Part shown: positions 7,971 to 16,331 of the stretch, piece after piece | Layout of the letters: each line of letters opens with the position of its first letter | Position numbering within the stretch: position 1 is the first letter of the stretch | Origin: Gammaproteobacteria bacterium F7 | GTDB lineage: Bacteria > Pseudomonadota > Gammaproteobacteria > Pseudomonadales > IMCC2047 | Length of the DNA: 64,000 bases | Reading direction: 5' to 3' | Assembly (NCBI GenBank): GCA_001593685.1 | Contig: LUKI01000002.1 | Location: forward strand, 16,077-80,076 | Notes under the pieces: generated by a model | Told to the model about the DNA's origin: nothing | Databases searched by the model: none | Seen by the model: the letters and a program-made list of their open reading frames with translations, nothing else | Position numbers and translations under genes: made by a program

Positions 7971-10505
7971 TCAACGTCTATTCAAAAGTTGCATCGGGCT
8001 CTGATTGACCGTGCGCTGTACTGCAATATTACCCACCACTGCAACCAGCAAACCAGCAAACACAGGTAACCCAAGCCAGAATGGCCAGTGCCAGTGCGGC
8101 GACAAATCAAAGACACGCTGATAAAGCAGTGCGGTAACCAGTTCCGCTCCCGCCATCGCCAACACGCCCGCCAGCAGCCCCAGTAGCGAAAATTCGATAT
8201 AATTAAGCCACTGCAAATAGCGCCGGCTGGCTCCTAACGCCCGCATCAAGGCACCTTCGCGAAGACGTTCATCAAGATCACTTTGAATAATCGCCAATAA
8301 CACACATAACCCAGCCAACAGCACAAAGAGCAGCATAATTTCCACCAACGTGGTGACCTGCTCAAGAATAGTCTGCAGCTGCGCAATCAGTGCATCTATC
8401 TCTAAGATCGTGATAGATGGAAACGCCTGCACGAGTTTCATCAATAGCTGGCGTTGTTCAGCATCCAGCCTGAAACTCGTCACATAGGTGGTTGGCAGGT
8501 TATTCAACGCCCCTGAAGAAAACAACATGTAGAAATTGGGTGTAAAGGATTCCCAGACCACACTGCGCAGGCTGGTCACGGTTGCCGTTAACGGCTGCCC
8601 GGCAATATCAAACTCCAGCTCATCCTGCAGACCAATGCCAAGCCGTTCAGCCAGCTCCTTCTCCACAGAGACCATTGCAGCGGCCTTTTCAACCGAGGCG
8701 CCAGAATGCCACTGACCTGAAACAATCTCATTGTCGGCTGGCAAACTATCCGTCCAGCTCAAGTTCAGCTCACGATTGAGACTACCATCGGAACGACGTT
8801 CAGCGGCTTCGTCCTTATCCGGAAACAGCTCGGCATTGATATCAACACCATTGATTTTTGTTAGCCGCCCTCGAACCATCGGATACAGTGGCGGAGCGCT
8901 CACACCCTGCTCCGAGAACGCCTGACTGAATTGTTCCGTATCAGTCGGCATGATATTAAACGCAAAATGATTAGGCACATCATCCGGAATTTGCGCCGAC
9001 CAATTATCCAGTAATTCGGCGCGTAACATACCAAGCACCGCCATCAGCATCAGCGTCATTGCCAGGGCCGTCATTTGTAACGTGTAACTCTTTGACCGCC
9101 TCAGAATCCGCTTAAAGCCCTGCCCCACTAGCCCCAGCTGAGTTATCCCGATGCCTTTACTGATACGTAACATAAACCAGATAACAGCAGCGAGCAGCAC
9201 CAATATCAGCGTCAAACCAACTAATAAAGCCAGTACCAGAAATAGCTCCCGGGTAAACAACAGTACCAGCAGACACAGCGCTAGCCACGCAGCGGAAAAA
9301 ACCAGCCAGCCCTTGATCGGCAGTGGCGCTAAATCGCGTCGAATAACCCGCAAAGGCGAAACACGCTTAAGCCGCCACAGTGGCGGCAACGCGGTGCCTA
9401 GCAAGACTAAAACGCCGGCGACAAAACCGACGAGCCAGGGTGCCCGGCTGCTATCAGGTAAAACCAGGCGAATCGTTTCCTGCAATGCATTCGCCAATAG
9501 CATTTGCACAAACCAGCCCAACAGTGTGCCCAACACACCGCACACTAACGCCAGCCCTAACAACTGAATACTATAAATACGGAAAATTGTTTTTTGCGTT
9601 GCCCCCAAACAACGCATCACCGCACTCACATCATATTGGCGCTGACTATAACGCCTTGTTGCCACTGCAATAGCAATGGCGGCCAAAATAATCGCCAGTA
9701 GTGCGGTTAACGCCAGATATTGCTGAGTTCGGCTTAACACTAACCCAGCCCCCTCACGTCCCTCTCCCGCACTTAACAGGCGATACCCCACCGCCATCTT
9801 TGGTAACAGGTAAGCTTTAAATTGCTCTATGGCGGGCCGATCACCGGCAAATAGGTATTTATAATTTGCCCGGCTACCAGCTTGCAGGACCTGTGCCACG
9901 GCCAGGTCCTGATGATTCATCAGAATTCTGGGCGCCAAATTAAAATAGTTGCCACCCCGATCAGGCTCCAGCAGCAAAACGCGACTGATTTGAAATGTAG
10001 CAGCACCAATATTAATTTGATCGCCAACATCAACCTGCAAGCGATCCAGTACTCGTGGGTCCACCCAAAGGCTACCAGGAGACGGCCCCCGCCTAAGCAA
10101 GTAAGCCTCACCATAACGTTGATCGGCCAACTGAACAGCCCCATAGAGCGGATAACGATCCGTGACCGCTTTCACACTGGCTAACAATAACCGTTCCTGG
10201 TGAATCGCAACGGTTGAAAACTCGGCTGTTTGCACGGCATTAAGGGCAGCCTTCTGCGCCGCATCCAGCCACTCCGCATTTAGCGGTCGCGTGCCACGCA
10301 CGACCAAATCACCGCCCAGCATTTCTGCAGAGCGATTCAGTAGCGCCGCGCCAAGGCGGTCAGTAAAAAAACTGATACTGGTGGTAGCCGTGATGGCAAT
10401 TAATAGCGCCAACGCCAGAATGCGCAACTCACCACTTCGCCACTCGCGTTTGAAGAGCCGCATGGACAGCATGAAGGTCGCCATCGCCCCCTGCTGATTC
10501 TTCAT
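7971..10505 (-). CDS. ybbP: ABC transporter permease, double FtsX-domain (YbbP-like)
   Basis: 844 aa with two blocks of four TM helices separated by large periplasmic domains. It overlaps the upstream ATPase gene by 4 nt. Synteny with ybbA and tesA is as in E. coli. Confidence 0.8.
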   Translation of the reverse strand: MKNQQGAMATFMLSMRLFKREWRSGELRILALALLIAITATTSISFFTDRLGAALLNRSAEMLGGDLVVRGTRPLNAEWLDAAQKAALNAVQTAEFSTVAIHQERLLLASVKAVTDRYPLYGAVQLADQRYGEAYLLRRGPSPGSLWVDPRVLDRLQVDVGDQINIGAATFQISRVLLLEPDRGGNYFNLAPRILMNHQDLAVAQVLQAGSRANYKYLFAGDRPAIEQFKAYLLPKMAVGYRLLSAGEGREGAGLVLSRTQQYLALTALLAIILAAIAIAVATRRYSQRQYDVSAVMRCLGATQKTIFRIYSIQLLGLALVCGVLGTLLGWFVQMLLANALQETIRLVLPDSSRAPWLVGFVAGVLVLLGTALPPLWRLKRVSPLRVIRRDLAPLPIKGWLVFSAAWLALCLLVLLFTRELFLVLALLVGLTLILVLLAAVIWFMLRISKGIGITQLGLVGQGFKRILRRSKSYTLQMTALAMTLMLMAVLGMLRAELLDNWSAQIPDDVPNHFAFNIMPTDTEQFSQAFSEQGVSAPPLYPMVRGRLTKINGVDINAELFPDKDEAAERRSDGSLNRELNLSWTDSLPADNEIVSGQWHSGASVEKAAAMVSVEKELAERLGIGLQDELEFDIAGQPLTATVTSLRSVVWESFTPNFYMLFSSGALNNLPTTYVTSFRLDAEQRQLLMKLVQAFPSITILEIDALIAQLQTILEQVTTLVEIMLLFVLLAGLCVLLAIIQSDLDERLREGALMRALGASRRYLQWLNYIEFSLLGLLAGVLAMAGAELVTALLYQRVFDLSPHWHWPFWLGLPVFAGLLVAVVGNIAVQRTVNQSPMQLLNRR

Positions 10506-11185
10506 GACTGTATCTGTCCTGCTTGCAAACGAATTTGACGATCACAACGCTGAGCTAAATTGGCATCATGGGTCACCATTATCAGCGTCGTATTATTGGA
10601 CTGATTGAGTTCAAACAGTAAATCAATGATGGTCGCGCCAGTGGCGCTATCAAGATTACCGGTCGGTTCATCGGCAAATAAAATGGTCGGTTCAGTCACA
10701 AAAGCTCGGGCTATAGCGACTCGTTGTTGCTCCCCCCCGGAAAGTTGACTCGGGTAATGGTGTTGGCGATCACTCAGGCCTACGCGCTTCATCAAGTCTT
10801 CAACATGCGCTTTTTGCCCCTCTTTGTTGGCAATCTCCAGGGGTAATAGCACATTTTCAAGTGCCGTGAGGTTCGGTAGTAACTGAAAGGACTGAAACAC
10901 AAAACCCACGTGCTCCGCTCGAACCAATGCCCGGCCATCTTCATCCAGTTTCGATAACGACTGGCCGCATAAACTGACCTCTCCACAAGTCGGCTCATCC
11001 AGGCCAGCCAACAGCCCCAACAAAGTCGACTTACCGGATCCGGACACACCAACAATCGCCACACTTTCTGCACGCTTGATCTGTAAACTAACGCCGGCCA
11101 AAATAGTCAAAGTTTCGAACTGACTGGCAACTTCTTTACCGAGATTATTCGCAATGACAATAGCTTCAGACTCGCATTTTTCCAT
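10502..11185 (-). CDS. ybbA: ABC transporter ATP-binding protein (YbbA-like)
   Basis: Walker [10 protein letters not shown], signature LSGGEQQR, Walker [14 protein letters not shown]-loop VTHD. Confidence 0.9.
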   Translation of the reverse strand: MEKCESEAIVIANNLGKEVASQFETLTILAGVSLQIKRAESVAIVGVSGSGKSTLLGLLAGLDEPTCGEVSLCGQSLSKLDEDGRALVRAEHVGFVFQSFQLLPNLTALENVLLPLEIANKEGQKAHVEDLMKRVGLSDRQHHYPSQLSGGEQQRVAIARAFVTEPTILFADEPTGNLDSATGATIIDLLFELNQSNNTTLIMVTHDANLAQRCDRQIRLQAGQIQS

Positions 11186-11789
11186 GTCACATATCCTGTT
11201 GGTGATCGTTTGTTGTTTACTGTCACCCTTATTGAGCGCTAAAACTGTACTGGTAGTGGGTGATAGTCTCAGTGCCGCCTATAACATGCCCGTTGAAAAT
11301 GGTTGGGTGGCGTTACTCGATAAACGCCTGAACCAGTTAACGGGTTCACATGACGTTATTAATGCCAGTATTTCCGGTGATACCACGAGCGGTGGGTTGA
11401 GCCGCCTTCCACAGGCACTGGCATCAAACCAACCGGACATCGTTATTCTGGCACTGGGTGCCAACGATGGTTTAAGGGCCCTCTCACTCAGTACATTAAA
11501 GCAAAATCTAACAGAGATGATCGAGTTATCAAAAGCGCAGGGCAGCAAGGTATTACTAGCGGGCATGTTATTACCGCCTAACTACGGGCCCTATTACACA
11601 AACCAGTTTAAAGCGATCTATGAAGAGCTGGCAACAAGCCATGACCTACCGTTGATACCCTTTCTGCTGAAAAACATCGGCGGTGTTGAGACACTAATTC
11701 AAAAAGATGGCTTACACCCTAATGCACAGGCACAGCCACTTATTCTAGATAATGTGTGGCCTTATCTGGAGCCTCTGTTAAAGGGCTGA
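11184..11789 (+). CDS. tesA: SGNH/GDSL arylesterase - acyl-CoA thioesterase I (TesA-like), secreted
   Basis: Carries GDSLSA, ISGDT, LGANDG and DGLHPN blocks. With the start at ATG 11184 there is a 19-aa signal peptide. That start shares the tetranucleotide CATG with the divergent ybbA start. Confidence 0.85.
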   Translation: MSHILLVIVCCLLSPLLSAKTVLVVGDSLSAAYNMPVENGWVALLDKRLNQLTGSHDVINASISGDTTSGGLSRLPQALASNQPDIVILALGANDGLRALSLSTLKQNLTEMIELSKAQGSKVLLAGMLLPPNYGPYYTNQFKAIYEELATSHDLPLIPFLLKNIGGVETLIQKDGLHPNAQAQPLILDNVWPYLEPLLKG

Positions 11790-11802
11790 AAAAGAGTATT
11801 AG

Positions 11803-12909
11803 TTAAGGTAAGCCTGCAGTCGCTTCCTGCTTATTTTCCGCCACCCGACGCTTCCATGCCTTACGGGTTAAGTGCGGAATCAACAGGTGCAAAGGCATAC
11901 GCAGGTAGTGCGAACGTATATACAACAATGATCTCGCCAGGCTGGTAAATGGCAGGTCACAGCTGGGGTGGTCTGGACGGAGCGCGCGCATAAACAGCCA
12001 ATCCATGACTCCGGACATCAACGCATTGGGTTTGCCTTTTTCTGCCTGCTTCAACACAAAATCAGGAATCTCTGACCCCAAGATAAGCTGACAATAGTGC
12101 AGTGCATAATACAGAGGGTTGATTAAATCCAACTCAATGGCACGCGGCACCAAGGCTTCCCAAAAACCCGGTTCATTGTCTGAAAAATGAATCAGCAAAC
12201 CATGCAAATCGATAATATCACGCAAACCGTGATCAAAATCGCCTTCATGGAACAGATGGGTGGCGCTGTGAATCACCATATCAACCGGACTCAGAGTATA
12301 AACATTTGGACTTACCTCACGAATATCAGCGAGGATTTTTTCAGCGTCCGGTTTATATTTGGCCGTGGGCGGCAGGATCGTATGGTGCACATCTAAAAAG
12401 CTGCCGCGGGTAATATGTTTTAAGGGGGGGATTTCGTGCATCCACTCGCGGTAATAGCGATCATCGTAACTATCTTGCTTCGAAGACCGCCAACCACGTG
12501 AATGTAGATTTTCTTCAACCTCATCCAACCTGTCCCGGGTAACAAGAATGTCAATGTCAGACAATAAACGTCCTGTCGAGACGGGCAACTTTGCTTGTAT
12601 ATAGGCTCCACCTTTCAGAAGAACCAGGGGGATTTCAAGACTACCTAAAGCTCTCTCTAATTTAAGTGCTTCCCAAGCCGTGGTCGCATGCTGTTTTTCG
12701 GAAGCCAGATAGGCTGACAAGGTATGATTCAGTGGTTTTTCAGGAAGCACCTTTAACAAATCCTGTTCAAGGATAAGCGCGTGCAATTTTCCCAATAACA
12801 AAGCATGCCGAGCCTGTGGAATCAGACGATTCCAGTCAGCCATGGAAAGTCTGGCTAATCGTTCAGGGGCGCGGATCACCTCTAACAGCAGGTATGACTG
12901 ATCACTCAT
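11803..12909 (-). CDS. Nucleotidyltransferase-fold protein (NTP_transf_5 / PF14907-like), third gene of the PqqD-kinase-NTase triad
   Basis: An LLKGGAY...TGRLLSDIDILV motif gives the G-x-(S/R)...DxD NTase signature. Overlaps the kinase gene by 4 nt. Confidence 0.7.
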   Translation of the reverse strand: MSDQSYLLLEVIRAPERLARLSMADWNRLIPQARHALLLGKLHALILEQDLLKVLPEKPLNHTLSAYLASEKQHATTAWEALKLERALGSLEIPLVLLKGGAYIQAKLPVSTGRLLSDIDILVTRDRLDEVEENLHSRGWRSSKQDSYDDRYYREWMHEIPPLKHITRGSFLDVHHTILPPTAKYKPDAEKILADIREVSPNVYTLSPVDMVIHSATHLFHEGDFDHGLRDIIDLHGLLIHFSDNEPGFWEALVPRAIELDLINPLYYALHYCQLILGSEIPDFVLKQAEKGKPNALMSGVMDWLFMRALRPDHPSCDLPFTSLARSLLYIRSHYLRMPLHLLIPHLTRKAWKRRVAENKQEATAGLP

Positions 12910-13826
12910 ACTGCTGTCGCACTCAATTTTTCAAAGGTTTCAACCGCTTCATCAAGGTTTGAATAGCTAAAATTATAACAGTCACAAGCCTCAATTAGCT
13001 TAGACATTGTTTCAAAACCTTTCGCGCCCAACAGGCTGTAATTAAATGACTGCTCGCCCGCTTTTAAAAAAGCCGTTTCCTTAATTCGCTCGGTCAAACG
13101 CGTCTCGCCCTCAACGATATATTTGGGGAAAACCATCCAGCCTGGTTTGACCGGCGTATCATCCAATTCAACAGAGCGCGCATCCGGCCTCATGTGCGTC
13201 ACGGTTCCCTTATGAGTATCCTTACAGAGTGGCCCAAACAAAGCCTTATTATCAAATTGCTCAATCACTTTGATCGACTTATTTTTCAGACTAATCGGGC
13301 GGCAAACAGGAATCAGGTGGCTATCGTGTAAAGAAACCAACGCATGCTCATCCGACAACAAACGCCAACCACGTAACATAAGCGCTGCACAAAGTGTGCT
13401 CTTACCAGAGCCAGGCGCTGCCGGCATGACCAATGCTCTACCATTTTTTTCCAAAACAGCAGCATGTAATTTCAAATATTGATTCATATGCACCGAGACA
13501 CACCAATTCATGCCCCACTCTAAAAAAGCAAAAGCCTGACTGATCGGTAACGGTTTGAACGGTGTTTGATGATCGAAATAGAAATCTAATTTGGGTCTAA
13601 ATCGCCGACGCAGACTATTGGGTGAATCAAGACGGATATCAAAATCCACAAATTCCATCTCAGGAAAAAATCGGTTCTGCCCGTAAAGTAGAAATAAGCC
13701 TTCGGCCACTGATCGTACCGACGAGCGAATTCGATAAGTGAAAGGCCCTGTTTTTAAAAACAGTCCAGAACTTTTTAAGAGGGCATGGAGGTGATCAATA
13801 TCGAAATCAGAAATACGAGACGTCAT
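12906..13826 (-). CDS. HprK-related (HPr kinase-like) P-loop kinase
   Basis: LHAAVLEKNGRALVMPAAPGSGKSTLCAALMLRGWRLLSDE matches the HprK C-terminal-domain P-loop plus SDE/D motif seen in 'HprK-related kinase A' and lasso-peptide kinases (from memory). 4-nt overlaps on both sides. Confidence 0.7.
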   Translation of the reverse strand: MTSRISDFDIDHLHALLKSSGLFLKTGPFTYRIRSSVRSVAEGLFLLYGQNRFFPEMEFVDFDIRLDSPNSLRRRFRPKLDFYFDHQTPFKPLPISQAFAFLEWGMNWCVSVHMNQYLKLHAAVLEKNGRALVMPAAPGSGKSTLCAALMLRGWRLLSDEHALVSLHDSHLIPVCRPISLKNKSIKVIEQFDNKALFGPLCKDTHKGTVTHMRPDARSVELDDTPVKPGWMVFPKYIVEGETRLTERIKETAFLKAGEQSFNYSLLGAKGFETMSKLIEACDCYNFSYSNLDEAVETFEKLSATAV

Positions 13827-14095
13827 TGTGCCGCTACGATATCCCGTTTCATTAAACCTGACAACACTTCTTCCATATGGCTTATAAACTCATCATCGAC
13901 TTCGTAATTGAGCTGTTCGGCCACATGCTCGAATAACGGTTGTTTATCTAAAGGCCCTTGTCTGAGTCGCTGCACCAACGGAACTGCCGTTGGACCTAAA
14001 AGTAACGTATCACCAGAAGCAGAATGGAATAATAGCGTTTCATTGCCATAGGATTTTAAAATTAATTCAAAATCTGGGGGGATATACAAAGACAC
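13823..14095 (-). CDS. PqqD-family protein (RiPP-recognition-element-like peptide chaperone)
   Basis: 90 aa. The pattern E.LLFHSASGDTLLLGPTAVPLVQRL followed by an acidic helical C-terminus is the typical PqqD/RRE layout. GTG start without a clear SD, so the start is uncertain. Confidence 0.6.
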   Translation of the reverse strand: MSLYIPPDFELILKSYGNETLLFHSASGDTLLLGPTAVPLVQRLRQGPLDKQPLFEHVAEQLNYEVDDEFISHMEEVLSGLMKRDIVAAQ

Positions 14096-14130
14096 AGGAG
14101 ATAGCCCGTTGTTTGGAATGAATGCGGCAT

Positions 14131-14165
14131 AAAAAAGTCAGGCCCTTAAAACTAAGAGCCTGACT
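14131..14165 (-). terminator. Rho-independent terminator between the Tat-signal protein gene and the PqqD-kinase-NTase operon
   Basis: 8-bp stem AGTCAGGC (14136-14143) / GCCTGACT (14158-14165), plus an inner 4-bp CTTA/TAAG stem and a 4-nt loop. On the minus strand it is followed by T5-6. Confidence 0.75.
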
Positions 14166-14180
14166 AAAACTAACTTGGAA

Positions 14181-14888
14181 TTACTGGTAGAAAATATTGT
14201 TTCTATCAGCGTTTAACGGACAACTACCGCGCTCATTAAGGCCTGCCATTTCTGCATGCCAGTTAGCCAACGGTCCCGAATTATTATTATCATTTTCCCA
14301 CGCTGTATAGGCCGCGCAGTAACCATTAACAATTTGTAGCGGTGTATAAGGTGAGTAATAAACGCCTAAAATATTAGCATTCAGCCATGCTGCAATGGAG
14401 TGTCTCGCTGACTGTTTAAGGAAGGCGGGACCAGCGCCATTGGGAATACAAAGAATATCTTCGAGCATGGTATCCGCACCATCTGGAAATAGTACTCTAT
14501 TGTTATTACCGTAAGACGCAGGACCAGGGCCACAGGAAAATATCTCGCTGAACTTGGACCAGGGCGAGATGCCTGTTCGGCTCGTAATCCACTCCCATGC
14601 ATATCGATCTGATGGCTGACCAGGGCACCAATAACCGGGCGTACAACCAAAGCGACACTCGTCAGGATCAAAATCATGCAGAGACGATCCGGCATCAATG
14701 GAGGCAAGAATAGACCCGGTACAACGGGGGTCATTATAGCCGGAACCCAAGGCTGGTCGGCTCAACAGGGACATCAGCACTGCGCCACCGCCCAGGCCTG
14801 CCTTGGTAAATTTTCGTCGTGACTCAACCGACTTTTCCTCAAGCGGCTGTTTGCTCTCTTCGTTATCTACTTTAGCGTCATCACTCAT
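14181..14888 (-). CDS. Tat-signal, Cys-rich secreted protein of unknown family
   Basis: The twin-arginine motif SRRKFTK is followed by a hydrophobic stretch and ALG|S. There are about 9 Cys in the mature part (CRFGCTPGYWCPG etc.). I recognise no family. Start placed at ATG 14888; the ORF-track start at 14909 is a TTG. Confidence 0.6.
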   Translation of the reverse strand: MSDDAKVDNEESKQPLEEKSVESRRKFTKAGLGGGAVLMSLLSRPALGSGYNDPRCTGSILASIDAGSSLHDFDPDECRFGCTPGYWCPGQPSDRYAWEWITSRTGISPWSKFSEIFSCGPGPASYGNNNRVLFPDGADTMLEDILCIPNGAGPAFLKQSARHSIAAWLNANILGVYYSPYTPLQIVNGYCAAYTAWENDNNNSGPLANWHAEMAGLNERGSCPLNADRNNIFYQ

Positions 14889-15115
14889 AGGGGCTTTCCG
14901 TAAAATCAAATCTATTTGAAATTATAAAGCCAACTTACCTACCGTACAAAATTTTAACGGTAAATAAAGGCTAGCAAATATTTTTCTATATACAGCGCAT
15001 ACTGCAATATTTACACCAATACAAATATGTTGTTTAAATACAATAAGTTAACAATAACGATTTTAACGTGGCTAATACCACTTACTGATAGTGTAAAAAT
15101 ACCCGACATTAAATG

Positions 15116-15898
15116 TTATGGCGATTTAATTTTCTCTAACAGTTTTCTCACATAACGCGACGGAATGGCATAGGTAATTCCACTCGGGTTTTCAATGGCA
15201 GCCTCTTTGGTCCCCTTAACAAACACGCTATTGATAACCCCTACGACCTGTCCACTAACCTGATCATAAAGTGGGCTGCCGCTATTACCTGGGTAAGCTG
15301 TCGCATCCAGCTGAAAAATTTCGTACCCATTTCTCAAACGCTTAATGAGCTCCGGGGTTAACTGTCGAGAACCACCCATGGGGGCCGCTATCGGAGTAAT
15401 ACTGGAAACAATCCCTTGATGTGTTGCTGGATATAAACCAAGGATACCCCCCAAGGGGAACCCTGTAAAAGCATAGCGTTCGCCCTCTCTAACCTGTTCA
15501 GAATCAGCCATTTTCAATGGTGGTAAGCGCGTACCCGAAATACGTAATAACGCGAGATCATGGGCCTCATCCAGCACTAGCACTCGCGCTTGACGAAATT
15601 GGGCGCGTTTGCCTTTACCCGTAAAAATGACTAACACCTCTTTCTGGTCAACAGCCAACTCAACCTTGACCACATGCGCATTGGTAACAACATGATAACC
15701 GTCAGCAACAACAAACCCTGTACCCTGTAGACGAGACTGCGGTGCGCGCGTTGGCTGATAGGTGCCCACCCCAACAACGGAAGGCTTCACCTTAGCAAGC
15801 GTATCAGGCAGGTTATCAGCATAGGCGGTCTGAAATAACGTCAAAACCACCAGGCAGCAGGCACGTATAACAAGACTTTTTCTAGAAAAAGCGGTCAT
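15116..15898 (-). CDS. Trypsin-like serine protease (S1C/DegP-like core, no PDZ domain), secreted
   Basis: Catalytic triad contexts VVTNAHVV (His), HDLALL (Asp) and GNSGSPL (Ser). Signal peptide from M8. Overlaps the dgkA 3' end by 17 nt. Confidence 0.8.
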   Translation of the reverse strand: MTAFSRKSLVIRACCLVVLTLFQTAYADNLPDTLAKVKPSVVGVGTYQPTRAPQSRLQGTGFVVADGYHVVTNAHVVKVELAVDQKEVLVIFTGKGKRAQFRQARVLVLDEAHDLALLRISGTRLPPLKMADSEQVREGERYAFTGFPLGGILGLYPATHQGIVSSITPIAAPMGGSRQLTPELIKRLRNGYEIFQLDATAYPGNSGSPLYDQVSGQVVGVINSVFVKGTKEAAIENPSGITYAIPSRYVRKLLEKIKSP

Positions 15899-16250
15899 AA
15901 ACCACTCCCAACCATACAAAGACCACTAGCATAACACTGACAAAAACGGCCGCTGAGCCCATGTCTTTAGCTCGCCCAGACAATAGATGATATTCATCAC
16001 CGGTCCGGTCAACCACGGCTTCAATAGCTGAATTTAGCAGTTCAACAATCACCACTAAAACACAGACGACAATTAACAATAACGTCTCAAGCAAACTACG
16101 CCCTAACCAAAATGCCAGCGGCAACATGATTAGCAATAAAATAATTTCCTGACGAAATGCCGCTTCACCACGCCATGCAGCCCTGAGCCCGGCTACCGAG
16201 TAACCGTATGCCTTAACAACTCGGTCTAATCCTTTATTTTTCTGTGTCAT
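15882..16250 (-). CDS. dgkA: Diacylglycerol kinase
   Basis: 122 aa with 3 TM helices. The N-terminal amphipathic G..R...A..YS..GL..AW..E.AFRQE and the later NSAIEAVVDR motif are typical DgkA. Confidence 0.88.
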   Translation of the reverse strand: MTQKNKGLDRVVKAYGYSVAGLRAAWRGEAAFRQEIILLLIMLPLAFWLGRSLLETLLLIVVCVLVVIVELLNSAIEAVVDRTGDEYHLLSGRAKDMGSAAVFVSVMLVVFVWLGVVYDRFF

Positions 16251-16331
16251 AGTGTCCCAACGATTTACCTTTAAAAATCTGTGCGGTGAGATTACCCTTG
16301 TACACCATTAAAGCAAACACTCCCGCCCTCA

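Noticed and set aside
9151-9567. 138-aa plus-strand ORF; similar antisense ORFs at 8582-8779, 9380-9673 and 10291-10497
   Set aside because: They lie entirely antisense within the ybbP-like permease gene. Their low-complexity Ser/Arg/Pro/Thr-rich translations are typical of the reverse frame of a GC-rich membrane-protein gene. They have no SD or family motifs.
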